Assembly: GCA_964019425.1 (NCBI GenBank)
Contig: OZ025795.1
Coordinates: 744,001 to 808,000 of the forward strand
DNA: 64,000 nt
Direction: 5' to 3'
DNA from: Flectonema sp. DT1601
Taxonomy: Eukaryota
Shown piece after piece: positions 11,469 through 21,848 of this stretch. Made by a program: the position numbers and the translations under genes. The notes beneath the pieces are model-generated. The model worked only from the letters and a program-made list of their open reading frames with translations, was not told the origin of the DNA and ran no database searches. Every line of letters begins with the position of its first letter. The first letter of the stretch is position 1.

Positions 11469-14400
11469 TCAGAAACAACGACAACCCGATCCGGAACCGA
11501 AGGAAGGTCCCTTGGGCTTGTGGCACCAGTCATCGGGAAGCTCGCTTTCCAATCCGAACACCGCAACGTAACTGCCGTCGGTCTGTGCGGACGGCAACTC
11601 CAGCGATTCGCCGTTGGCAATAGATTTCTTGAACGCCGTCATCGGATATCCCTCCCCAGCTATTTCAAACTTCGGAGCGCATGAAGCCGTGTCCCACCCA
11701 CTTGCCGGTAGAGTCGAAGGAAACCCCAGATTGTGTTTCGATGAGCATGGGGAACAGTGATAAACCACCACGATGAACGTGCACATTACACTGCTGCCGC
11801 ACTCCACCTTGAACGTCGACCCCGCTGTCACCGGATATGATGGTAAGAAGACATCCATCTGTCCGTACACATCCGGCATCTGAATTAAATCAAGCCCGAG
11901 ACCCTTCGTGGAAGAACCGCCGTTCATCGCATTCATCCGAAGCTGCACACCGTCCTTCTGCACTCCGTAGTACGGACACGAAGTCGCCACCGCCAAACCG
12001 CCTGCGCAGACACACATCCCATCCGCGTTGCAGCTTCCCCTTCCGCCGCACGTGACATCCGGATGGCAGTAACGATCACAAGTACCCGCCAAAGAAGCAG
12101 CAGTCGAAACGGCAGCCGCGAGGTGGTCCGAGCTCGGGTACCAGTGGCTCCTGCAGCTTCCGCACGAACCCGTGGCAGGGTTCACAGCCTGCTTCGCCTT
12201 CTCGCAATAACACGAATCCGCGTTCACGACATCCCCCGAAAGGAACAACTGCTCAAGCTCGCTTGGGCAGGCAGCAGAACCCGGGTTCACGATCGTTCCC
12301 GCTAGCAAACAAGCATCCATCACACATTGCGCATGCATTCCATCGCAACGTGCCCCCACTTGACAGCACCGCATCGCAAAACCTAGTCGATCCGCATCCC
12401 CACCGCAGTAGTTCCGAGCATCGTCTAGCGTCACCGACGAAGGCGTGACTGGAACGCCCACCGGATTCATCAATGCCCGAGGGTTTCTGTGCTGGGGAAT
12501 GACAACACCGCCACCACCACCACAGAATGGGACTGTGTTGTCATTCCATTTGTCCCCATCGCGATCCGATCCGTAATGCGGGTCGAAGGCAAGACCCTGA
12601 GGAGTCTTAGAGCTCGCAAGATACTCGAAGTTCATGTTCAGGTGGAAGGTTATCTCCTGATGAAAGGACGAAGACACTTCCATCTCCAACTTTATATCAC
12701 CATCTTCAAAAAGTTCGACATCGATCCACCGATTCCCCCGCTTGCTGTGCTTGAAGAAAACGTCCCCGACAACCCTCACCCTTCCTCCCGTGGGAGGAAT
12801 CTTCTCCAGATAGTAGTCAGCCCCAATCGTCTCGCAGTTCACCTTCAGCAAAGGTGGGATCCCACCCGTGATCGGAGGTGGCAGAGGGTACTCAACAAAT
12901 TCAATCGAATATAGTCCAGCGTTGTCGCGAATTGCGATGTTCCTCATGCAAGTGGCAATTGTGGTCCCAAAACAAGTTCGGAAGTTCGCAGTGACGGTGT
13001 GCTTGTCGTCGGTGTACAGCCTGTAGGACACGTCGTCGTCGCCGTGAATGTCTCTCGTCACCTTAAAAGCCCCGCCCGTCGCCGGTCCGATGAAGTGCAC
13101 ATCTCCGTGAGAAGCCGTCGCGATACCGCAAAAATATCCGTTGTACTCAACGTACTTTGTACACTCTACCATAAAATTCCCCGAATGGTCTTTGTACTGC
13201 CCCACACACTCCGCAAAGAATCCCTTGTCCACAGCCTCCTTCGGCGGACATTGGCACCGCCGAACAGCAGGGTTCCACGTTCCACCGTTCCTGCACGCCA
13301 ACGGAAACACCTGCTCAGGCAGAGGCTTTGCCCCACGTCCGTCATTCTTGAAGGCGCAGACGATGTTCACGTTGTAGTACTCCTCCGGACCAGCTTTGAA
13401 GGTATTGTACGAACACAACGCACAGGCCATCGCCACGTTGGTCTTCGAAACCATCTGCACGAAGTTCTCCGACCCCTCGGTATCCGGTGGATTGTTCTGA
13501 GCACCCCCAGCCGAAGACGCGTAGTCCCAACAACCCTCCTCCGCGCAGTACCACGACACAGTGCTCTTCTCCCCGTCCACTCCACTGAACCTGAATATCG
13601 GATCCTTCCCCGTGCCACCGTCGCTCAACGAGCTGACCACCCGGTTTTCGTTGTTCCAGTCCGCCCCGTATTGGTTGGGATTCAAGTTCCACTCGTGCGA
13701 GAACGACGACCGGTCGGTGGTGCACACCTTCTCGAGTCCAGGACTGTCGCGGACCGTCTGCGCCATCCCGTCGTCCCACACGATCGACGAGACACCGTGG
13801 TCGCTCCTCACCTTGTTCGTAAAGTCCAAGATCTGCTTCTTCTGCCACGCCGACGGCGTCACGAAGCAGGTGTCCGTCCCCACCTTCTTCTCGCAACTCG
13901 TCTTCGGCGACGGGTCGGGCGGATTGTACATCCCGCAGCACACGGTACACGAACCCGGCCAAGGGACCACGCACGTGCACCCCAGATTCTTGCACGCCTC
14001 GTAGTTCCCGCAAGACATGCTGTTCCTGCTCCGTCTATTGCATTCAAAAACAGCCTGCGTGGGGGCCGGCGTCGCGATCGCCGGAGCGCCAACGTCGTAT
14101 TCGTCGCACCTCATCCCAACGAAAGGAGACGTGCAGTCGCAGCTGGCCACCTGCATCGCGTCCGTCACGCACGTCCCCTTCGTTCCGCACACAAACTGGT
14201 TGTCGCAGGTGATCGCAGGCGGGTTTCCGATCTTCCGTCCGTCACCGTCGATCCCGTCCGTCGGTTCCACCGAAACCGCTTTACATCCGGCCCCGCAATC
14301 CGGAGACACGGCCGTCTTGCTCGGACCAACCCGAGGGGCACGTGGAAGCTTCACAATCACCTGCGAGAAGTCCGAGTACCGGATCCCCGCACCCCCAAGC

Positions 14401-17400
14401 AAGTACCCGCTGATCACCCCGTCCGCCACCGTCCCTGTCAGCGCTCCAGGACCTTGGTACCCGGAGTAGTCGATGATCAAGACGTCCGATCCCATCTTCC
14501 TCCCCGAAAACTCGCCCCCGATCCGTGGATTGATCAGGGTCACCCTCATGTCCGCCGCCGGTTCCTGGTTTGAAAACTCCAAGCTCGGCACCTGCACAAT
14601 CGTCGGCACGCTCGCCGTTCCCGGGTTGTGCGGGTCTTCGATGTGGATCTCCACCACAGCGTTCGCGGGACCACCGCTGATGTGTCGGACGACGATGTTC
14701 ACGTCGTTGCTCCCCGCCGGAGCGTAAGCATACAGCGTCGGAGGGCCTCCAGGAACTCCACCCCCACTCCCCCCCGGCGGCCCTGGAGGTGGCGGAGTGC
14801 TGGTCTTGTCCTCGACAAACGGATTGCCCCCGCCGTCTGGGTCTCCACCACCACCACCTCCACCTCCACCGCCAGCGCACCCACCAAACCCGAGCGTGAA
14901 GAGAGTTTGCCATCCAAAAAACGGAACGCGGAATTGAACCTTCACCTTGATAGACACACACAGCGTAGTCTTGATGGTCACCATCTCGCCCAACCCTCCA
15001 GAGAGGACCTCGCTGATCCGCAACTTTCCATCGCCGTTCGGATCGTTCAGATCCACGGTTGCCGAAACCTCGATGCTCCCGGAAGCTTCTCCCCGCAACA
15101 CTCCCAGATTCACAGATCCGGAGGCCTCGATCACAACTTCCAAACTCAGCTCTGGGACGTCCACCCCCCCGGTCCCGGTTGCGATGTCCGTATCCGAGAT
15201 GAAGAACCCGTCGAGTGCCAGTTCCGGCTTCCCCTGCTCAATCGCACGCCTGATCCCAGACGTGTCGTACCCGGCAGCTATTTGTGCATTGAAATCAAAC
15301 AACCCGTAGAACCCAACCGCCACGATGTCCACATCGAACCCAAACTCGACGATCAGCTGCACGTCCAACTTCGGACTCTCGATGGTGAAGATGTCGATGT
15401 CCCTCCCCATCAGGAGCTGCAGCAGCGACTGCGGCTTCAGGAACGGCATCTTGAAGTACTTCGATGACGAAAGCCTCTTAAACAGCCCGCTCAACCCGTT
15501 CTTCGAAGTTGGGTTGGGATCCGCCTTCTGCAGCTGCTCGTGCGCCAGATCCTCCGGCCCACCCGTCCTCGGCGCGCCAACTTCGGCGAAAGTCTTCTTC
15601 TTGATGTCGTACACGTAGTCCCCGAAGTTCAGCTTCAGTCCGTTCGCATTGCTCAGGTCCACCTTCGCCAGCGCCTCGATGATCCCGACGATGTCCAGGA
15701 TCATCTCCACGTACCCTCCCAACCCGTACACGTGTCCACGAACAGGGCCGTTGCTCAAAATGCCGTTGATGATCAACTCCGGCAGGTCGATGAAGCTGAT
15801 GTCGCCGCTCCCCATATCCGACAGCAGCGGGATCGGCTCCGACAGCTTCCCCAAAACCTCCCCGACCGGACCCACGATCGGCGAAATCTTGTCCAAGATC
15901 GGCTTCAGTAGGTCCGACATGAACGACCCCAGGTCCAGCGTCACATCGCGAAACGTGATCGACCCCTCGGGGCTTCCGTTCGACAAAAACTTCGAGTTTG
16001 GAGACACAGGCGTCGGAGGCCGCGTCGCCGGCTTGTCCTCCGGCTTCACGAATGTCACCCCGTACTCGGCAACGATGTCGCAACTGAAGCTCGGCATCCC
16101 GGAGCTCCCAGCAATCCCAACCTCGGCCCGCAAGTTCGCACGCGCCACGATCGATGGCGTGAACACGAAGACATCCGACCCCAGCACCCGCATCTCGGAA
16201 AACGTCAGCAGCCCATCCTGGTTGGCCACTGCGTTCCGCGCCACGTTGTCCCGGATGTCGATCGTCATCCCTCCGTACACGTGCGTCGTCCCGTCCTGCA
16301 GCTCCTCCACCTCAGCCTGCAAGAACAGCAACTGACCGGTCGCCTTCAGTCCCACGAACGACATCTGCATCGAAACCTGCACCTCATCTGGCTCGGCCAC
16401 CGCGAAGTAGAATCCCTTCGAAAGCGAAATCCCGAACCGTAGGTTGATCAGCCACGAAAGCTCAAACGCGATGTCGCCTTGCACATCCAGCCCAAGCTCC
16501 AGGTCCTCGAGACCCAAGTCGAAGTCAAACCCCTTCGTCAGCGAAATCAGGTCCCCGATGTCGGCAACCCACTCAACCGAGTCCGCGTTCGTCATGTCCG
16601 CCCCGGCCACCAGGTTCCCGTCCGCGTCGAGCACCCCCGGCATCACTTGACCCTGCTTGTCCCGAACCTCCACCCCGACCTTCTTCGTCGAGTCCATCAC
16701 CCCAGCCGCCTGCAACCCTTCTGTCATCTTCGCCGCGAGTGCCCCGGCCACGCTGTTTTCGGTGATCCCCCCAGACCCACGATCGATTGCGTCCTTTACC
16801 TCCCGCACCTTCTCCATCACCTTCACCCGAAACTTGTTGATGAACCCTTCCTCGAGAATCGATCGCACCTTGTCCTTCACTATCGGAATCCTGATCGTCG
16901 AAAGCAACCCCCCGGCTCCCGTAACCGCCAGCTGCACCTTCCCGAAGAACCCGTCGATCCCTGACACCAGGGACTCAGGGTTCTGCAGCAAGATCACGAG
17001 GGGATTGACGTTCAGCAACTTCTTCAGGCTCCCCGTAATGCTGCTCGGATCCGGCGTGAACGTCACAATCTCCCCCACGTACTCTCTCTTCGTCACCTTC
17101 GCAAGCAGGGTCTCGAGGTTCACCACCACCGTCATCGGCGGAGAGATCGGAACTTGGTCCATCGGCAGCGTCACCTTCGCCGTTCCCGTCGTCTCCAGAA
17201 GCATTTTCTCCTTCAGCGCCTGCAGTCCCAAGTGCAGCTCGAAGTGTTCCTGCAACCCGAACCTAAACTGCGCATCAAAGGTCAGCTCCCCGTTTGTCAC
17301 CGTCACCGCCAGAGGTCCTAAGTTCGCATCGAAGTTTAAGTTAGCGATCGATACGCTCAGCAACACCGTCACCCCCGACTCCTGCATGATCACCGGCTTC

Positions 17401-20400
17401 ATCGTATTGAATCCCAGCATCATTCCCATCTTGTACCGAAACGCAACCGATCCCTTCACCACCAGGTCGAACTGCCCGCTCACGTCCACGATGTTCGATA
17501 TCAAGTCCAGCTGGTCGGCTGGGATGTTCGCCAGTCCCAACAATTCCTTCAAGTCCAGATCAAAACCGGAAGAAATTTCAAAATCCTTGTCGATGTTCAG
17601 GTCCATGAAGAACACCGCATCGGGGTCCGTTTCTAATCCCAACTCGAACCCGCACGAGCGGTAGCATTCGGTCGACTTGTCGTCGGAGAGCCCCATAGCC
17701 ACTTCGATTACCTCCTCGAAGTTCTCTCCTGCTAAGGACAGAACGTCTTCCAAATCTTTCAGCAGGCCTGTGATCGGTGCCAAGAAGTCCCCAACCGACT
17801 TCCCGATGATCGGCAGCTGCACGTCCATTCCCTCAAGCTGCGCAAGCACCTCGCGAAGGCTCACGTCAGGAGGCGGGGATGCCGTCGTCCCTGACTGCAA
17901 CACCGCAATCTCCCTCGCGTTTTTAACGCCTGGAATCTTAACGTCTGCCGCACCTGTTATAAAGAGGCCAACATTCTTAAACAGAGTTCCAGGTGAAAAC
18001 CCTGAAACTTCAAACTTCGCCTTGGCTGTCCTGGAGAACTGCAGATTCAAACTGCCGAAGATGACGATGTCCAAATCATTCCATTGAGGAAAGAAACGCT
18101 CCTTGTTTCTTTCGAAACGATCGCTGAGCTCAACACCGAGGACGTCCGCCCCAAACAGCTTCGCAGATATAGATATCCCCGGAGTAGGAATGACGTAGTC
18201 AAGATACCTCCACGGCAGGATAGAGGCATATTTCGAGTCAGCAAAGTGTCTGGAACGGTTGCGAATGCCACGGGCAAAGACCATCTTCGATACAGCCCCG
18301 CCCCTCCGGTAGTAACCCGCAAATATTGGCCACTTCAAAGTGAATTCCGCTTCGAATCCGAGAAACGACAGCGGGTTCACTTCTAGATTCCCGTACACTG
18401 CTAAGTCCAATCGTACGTCTCTGATGTTAAAGGCATCACCTACCGGCAGTGAACGAGTATGCTGAATATTTTTCACCTTTGACGCAGCGTTATGTATGTC
18501 TGGTCGCTCGATTCCAAATATATTCACACCGCTGACCCTCAAGGAGAAAACTTGGTAAGTAACGCTTCCCTCAATAACGTTCTTCAAATGAGTCGCCGAA
18601 ACGACATCCAACTGGTACTTCGGCTTGCTCAACACGTCCTCGATCAGGCTTGCCCTGACTTTATCATCACGAGGTGCGAACTTCACTTCCGTACCTTTGC
18701 GAAAGCTGATAGTTGTCATCTTGATGGTGGCCTCTTCATCCTTAACAAGGTAAAGGTCTGCCGTGTAGCTTGTGTCGTAACCGGGAACCGGACAACTCGT
18801 CGAGCTCAGGATAGAGAACGCACACGACCCAAGTTCCTTACACTCAACTGTCCTCTTGGTCACGTTTCCGACCGTTTTCTTGGTATACACAAGCTTATCC
18901 TGAGGACAATCCGGAACCCGCAACTGAGCTTCGACAAGCTTCTCCCACGGGCTACTCTTGTTATCCACTGTCACAGTGAACCTACAAGTTTTTTCCCTGT
19001 CAACCGAGTTAGGTGCCCATTTAATCTCCACGCGGATGTCTCTCGTGACGCTGTCGTCAAGCTCCTCCCACGCACCTTTTGTGGTCACATCCAAACGTCT
19101 GCTGGCTATCACTTGCTTCACCGATCCGAGGTAGTCTTTAACTTTGTAGTTTGCTATTCTAAGTTTGTCCTGCGGCACGAATATGAACTTACCTACATTA
19201 CTTCCGGCTAAGTCTCCTACATATAACTGGAACAGCCTTTTTTTGTCTTGATCACTTGGATTCTTGCCGTTGACTTCCACAATATTTGCCCGCCACTTCG
19301 CTAGCTTCAATCTCCTGGGTAAAGGTTGTGGCCGTACCCAAGGTTGTGGCCGTACCCCACTCGGCGGAAGTGGGACCACCACGGCCCCCACGGGTCTCAG
19401 TTCAAGTAAGACGCGTACGGAGGGAAGCGACAGCTCTCCATCAGTCTGGTACGTCGTTAACGCAGGCGTGAAGAGATTCTTGGGAAGCACAGCGTTCGAC
19501 ACAACGAAGGTGCATTCCACCGGGGGAACAGTACCGCAGACCATCGATGAGCGAAGACCAAGCTTGTTCAGTTCGTTGGAAACCCATCTCACGTTTGCTA
19601 CCACATTCATCTTCCCCTTGCTAAAAGGAACTAACAGTGCATACGGCAAAAAACTGCTATCGAATATAACCACATCGGATCCAGATCCCGACACCAATTT
19701 AAACCGATATGAGCACCCTCCAACAATCAGCTTTGCATCTGAGATCCCAAATATTTCTTTTTCACTCGCATAATTCACCAGCTGAAACTGCCACGTGTTG
19801 GTCGCGGTTATTCTGTACAAGAACCCAGAAACGGCATTTGCCGACTCAACCCTGACGTTGACCTCCGCACCGACCTTGAATTTCAGAAGACCTGTCTTAA
19901 TGGTGGCCAACCAGTTCTCGCCTGCTCCCACCGTAATCGAGTTGGCTACGTTGTCCACTATGAATGAAAGGGTGGTAGACACTGACGCAGTATCCGTTGA
20001 CGTCGCATACTCGATGACGATACTCTTCTCCAGTTTGTTGTCTCCCTTGCCGATTGCAATTTCAAATTCCAACCCCATGTTGAAATTGAAAGAGGATGTT
20101 AGGTTGGCCTGAATCTCCCATTCCTTTATCGGTAAAAGTGGATTCGTCGGCTTCACAGAGAGCGAAACGATGTGTTCGTCGAATCTATACTTGTAGTCAA
20201 TTTCAAGTTCAACAGGCCACCTCGACGTATAGTCGAAATCAGCCGTGCTAAGTCCTTGCGTCTTGACTCCCCGACGCATGACATGCCGCTGGTGATCTTT
20301 CACAGAGTACTTGGGTTTGCCTTGAATCAGTGCGATAAAATTCACGATATTGTCAAACGCCGGTCCCTTGGGAACCTTCGCCACCTGCACATTCGGCCAT

Positions 20401-21848
20401 CCCAGAAACCCCACGTGCGACGGAGTCACCTTCAACACCGCCGGTCTCACTGGTTTCCCCGTCGTGCAGAACTTGATCGTCTGGGGATCGGCAACGTTGT
20501 TTGTCGCCTCCGTGATTTCGATCCGCTCTTCGATCCCAGGAACCATCCGTGCGGCGCCTCTGAGGTACCCGATCAAGTTCTGCTTATCCGACGGGTCGGG
20601 AATCGTAACCGGAACGTCGTAAACCTGTCCGTCCACCTCGAAACTGAAGGAACCGGTGACAGCCGTCGTCGACATCCCCCAGTCCTTCGGCAAGTCAGCC
20701 TCTACACACAAAGACAGACGGCGGGACTCCGGAATCGCCTGCATCAGGTAATCCACAATGTAGCTTCTGAAGACAGCCCCAGATCTCTGAATGAAGTCCA
20801 CCTTCGCCGCGCTCACATTGTAAAACTCAGAAAACGGTTCATCTTCCAACCCGAGGTCCATGTCAGCGGCAATCGGATCCGACATATCCGCAGCTAATCT
20901 CAGCAGGGGTTCCAGCAGCCTCGAGCCGCTTCCTCCCAGATTGCCGATTTCCTCAGCGAACCCGTTGTACGTCACTGTCGTGCTGACATTCGTGTCGGCT
21001 TCAAAGATGTCCGTCACCGCAAGGTCGATCGTATTTGCTCCCGTCCCCAGAAACTCCGCCAACCCGTTCACCGCGAAGTGCGCGGCCACAGTTCCGTAGA
21101 AGCTGATGGCACCCGAATGCTGACAGCCAGCTCCCAAACACTCAATGAGAGTCGGCAGCTCAAACCCGGCCTTCAACTCCCATTCAATATCAGAGATCGT
21201 CTGCTCAAATGCCATCACACACTTGATGTTGTTGAGGAAGATCTTAGTGCTCCCAGACCCTCCCTTGAAGGAAAACTGCTCAATCTTGAAACTGAATCCC
21301 GCCGATGTCGCCCTCAGGGATATCGTGACATCCAAGTAGTTGATCCAGTTCACACCACTCGGCAACTCGAACGTCCAGTCCGGCACGAGGAGGAGCGCCC
21401 CGATGCGAGGATAGATGTTCTGGATTTCAAACTTCAGCTCCTCCGAGAACGTCAACTTCACATCCGTCGCCAACGCCTGTTGGTCGTACGTGACATCCAC
21501 ACTCGGTGAAGGAAGTGCGAAGTCCTTCAGCATGTCCAAGAGCAACTCCATCAGCTTCGACTTCAGCCCGTCGGCGTCTGTCGGCGTCACTGCTGCAATT
21601 CCCTCGATTGTTCCCCTGCTGCTCGCGTAGTCGAAGAAATTCCAATCCGTGAAGTCCTCCAGCTTCTTCCCCTCCAATGCCGGGATTACCATCCTCATCT
21701 TATCCTCGTTCAGGAGAGCGCCTCCAACCACACCGAGTTCCGCGAACCCGTTTTGCAGCTGCCCCCACACCCCGCCGTCGATCACCTGACCGCCCACCGC
21801 AGTCACTGCAGTCGTCAGCAGCAAGGCCACTGATCTCATTTTCATCAT
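11469..21848 (-). CDS. Giant secreted multidomain protein (signal peptide; bacterial giant-adhesin-like region; Gly/Pro hinge; EGF; CAP/SCP; EGF; VWD-like; EGF; Cys-rich C-terminal module)
   Basis: Intronless 3459-aa ORF. Signal peptide MMKMRSVALLLTTAVTAVGG. EGF CGTKGTC...CDCTSPFVGMRC. CAP ILDFTNKVRSDHGVSSIVWDDGMA...NFVQMV...MACA. VWD-like ATASHGDVHF...YRLYTD. C-terminal YHCSPCSS...SCAPKF. Confidence 0.9.
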   Translation of the reverse strand: MMKMRSVALLLTTAVTAVGGQVIDGGVWGQLQNGFAELGVVGGALLNEDKMRMVIPALEGKKLEDFTDWNFFDYASSRGTIEGIAAVTPTDADGLKSKLMELLLDMLKDFALPSPSVDVTYDQQALATDVKLTFSEELKFEIQNIYPRIGALLLVPDWTFELPSGVNWINYLDVTISLRATSAGFSFKIEQFSFKGGSGSTKIFLNNIKCVMAFEQTISDIEWELKAGFELPTLIECLGAGCQHSGAISFYGTVAAHFAVNGLAEFLGTGANTIDLAVTDIFEADTNVSTTVTYNGFAEEIGNLGGSGSRLLEPLLRLAADMSDPIAADMDLGLEDEPFSEFYNVSAAKVDFIQRSGAVFRSYIVDYLMQAIPESRRLSLCVEADLPKDWGMSTTAVTGSFSFEVDGQVYDVPVTIPDPSDKQNLIGYLRGAARMVPGIEERIEITEATNNVADPQTIKFCTTGKPVRPAVLKVTPSHVGFLGWPNVQVAKVPKGPAFDNIVNFIALIQGKPKYSVKDHQRHVMRRGVKTQGLSTADFDYTSRWPVELEIDYKYRFDEHIVSLSVKPTNPLLPIKEWEIQANLTSSFNFNMGLEFEIAIGKGDNKLEKSIVIEYATSTDTASVSTTLSFIVDNVANSITVGAGENWLATIKTGLLKFKVGAEVNVRVESANAVSGFLYRITATNTWQFQLVNYASEKEIFGISDAKLIVGGCSYRFKLVSGSGSDVVIFDSSFLPYALLVPFSKGKMNVVANVRWVSNELNKLGLRSSMVCGTVPPVECTFVVSNAVLPKNLFTPALTTYQTDGELSLPSVRVLLELRPVGAVVVPLPPSGVRPQPWVRPQPLPRRLKLAKWRANIVEVNGKNPSDQDKKRLFQLYVGDLAGSNVGKFIFVPQDKLRIANYKVKDYLGSVKQVIASRRLDVTTKGAWEELDDSVTRDIRVEIKWAPNSVDREKTCRFTVTVDNKSSPWEKLVEAQLRVPDCPQDKLVYTKKTVGNVTKRTVECKELGSCAFSILSSTSCPVPGYDTSYTADLYLVKDEEATIKMTTISFRKGTEVKFAPRDDKVRASLIEDVLSKPKYQLDVVSATHLKNVIEGSVTYQVFSLRVSGVNIFGIERPDIHNAASKVKNIQHTRSLPVGDAFNIRDVRLDLAVYGNLEVNPLSFLGFEAEFTLKWPIFAGYYRRGGAVSKMVFARGIRNRSRHFADSKYASILPWRYLDYVIPTPGISISAKLFGADVLGVELSDRFERNKERFFPQWNDLDIVIFGSLNLQFSRTAKAKFEVSGFSPGTLFKNVGLFITGAADVKIPGVKNAREIAVLQSGTTASPPPDVSLREVLAQLEGMDVQLPIIGKSVGDFLAPITGLLKDLEDVLSLAGENFEEVIEVAMGLSDDKSTECYRSCGFELGLETDPDAVFFMDLNIDKDFEISSGFDLDLKELLGLANIPADQLDLISNIVDVSGQFDLVVKGSVAFRYKMGMMLGFNTMKPVIMQESGVTVLLSVSIANLNFDANLGPLAVTVTNGELTFDAQFRFGLQEHFELHLGLQALKEKMLLETTGTAKVTLPMDQVPISPPMTVVVNLETLLAKVTKREYVGEIVTFTPDPSSITGSLKKLLNVNPLVILLQNPESLVSGIDGFFGKVQLAVTGAGGLLSTIRIPIVKDKVRSILEEGFINKFRVKVMEKVREVKDAIDRGSGGITENSVAGALAAKMTEGLQAAGVMDSTKKVGVEVRDKQGQVMPGVLDADGNLVAGADMTNADSVEWVADIGDLISLTKGFDFDLGLEDLELGLDVQGDIAFELSWLINLRFGISLSKGFYFAVAEPDEVQVSMQMSFVGLKATGQLLFLQAEVEELQDGTTHVYGGMTIDIRDNVARNAVANQDGLLTFSEMRVLGSDVFVFTPSIVARANLRAEVGIAGSSGMPSFSCDIVAEYGVTFVKPEDKPATRPPTPVSPNSKFLSNGSPEGSITFRDVTLDLGSFMSDLLKPILDKISPIVGPVGEVLGKLSEPIPLLSDMGSGDISFIDLPELIINGILSNGPVRGHVYGLGGYVEMILDIVGIIEALAKVDLSNANGLKLNFGDYVYDIKKKTFAEVGAPRTGGPEDLAHEQLQKADPNPTSKNGLSGLFKRLSSSKYFKMPFLKPQSLLQLLMGRDIDIFTIESPKLDVQLIVEFGFDVDIVAVGFYGLFDFNAQIAAGYDTSGIRRAIEQGKPELALDGFFISDTDIATGTGGVDVPELSLEVVIEASGSVNLGVLRGEASGSIEVSATVDLNDPNGDGKLRISEVLSGGLGEMVTIKTTLCVSIKVKVQFRVPFFGWQTLFTLGFGGCAGGGGGGGGGGDPDGGGNPFVEDKTSTPPPPGPPGGSGGGVPGGPPTLYAYAPAGSNDVNIVVRHISGGPANAVVEIHIEDPHNPGTASVPTIVQVPSLEFSNQEPAADMRVTLINPRIGGEFSGRKMGSDVLIIDYSGYQGPGALTGTVADGVISGYLLGGAGIRYSDFSQVIVKLPRAPRVGPSKTAVSPDCGAGCKAVSVEPTDGIDGDGRKIGNPPAITCDNQFVCGTKGTCVTDAMQVASCDCTSPFVGMRCDEYDVGAPAIATPAPTQAVFECNRRSRNSMSCGNYEACKNLGCTCVVPWPGSCTVCCGMYNPPDPSPKTSCEKKVGTDTCFVTPSAWQKKQILDFTNKVRSDHGVSSIVWDDGMAQTVRDSPGLEKVCTTDRSSFSHEWNLNPNQYGADWNNENRVVSSLSDGGTGKDPIFRFSGVDGEKSTVSWYCAEEGCWDYASSAGGAQNNPPDTEGSENFVQMVSKTNVAMACALCSYNTFKAGPEEYYNVNIVCAFKNDGRGAKPLPEQVFPLACRNGGTWNPAVRRCQCPPKEAVDKGFFAECVGQYKDHSGNFMVECTKYVEYNGYFCGIATASHGDVHFIGPATGGAFKVTRDIHGDDDVSYRLYTDDKHTVTANFRTCFGTTIATCMRNIAIRDNAGLYSIEFVEYPLPPPITGGIPPLLKVNCETIGADYYLEKIPPTGGRVRVVGDVFFKHSKRGNRWIDVELFEDGDIKLEMEVSSSFHQEITFHLNMNFEYLASSKTPQGLAFDPHYGSDRDGDKWNDNTVPFCGGGGGVVIPQHRNPRALMNPVGVPVTPSSVTLDDARNYCGGDADRLGFAMRCCQVGARCDGMHAQCVMDACLLAGTIVNPGSAACPSELEQLFLSGDVVNADSCYCEKAKQAVNPATGSCGSCRSHWYPSSDHLAAAVSTAASLAGTCDRYCHPDVTCGGRGSCNADGMCVCAGGLAVATSCPYYGVQKDGVQLRMNAMNGGSSTKGLGLDLIQMPDVYGQMDVFLPSYPVTAGSTFKVECGSSVMCTFIVVVYHCSPCSSKHNLGFPSTLPASGWDTASCAPKFEIAGEGYPMTAFKKSIANGESLELPSAQTDGSYVAVFGLESELPDDWCHKPKGPSFGSGSGCRCF

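Noticed and set aside
12489..21630. Many long plus-strand and alternate-frame ORFs (e.g. 12999-14573, 524 aa; 16657-17664)
   Set aside because: Shadow frames expected from the high GC of the giant gene; no recognisable motifs.
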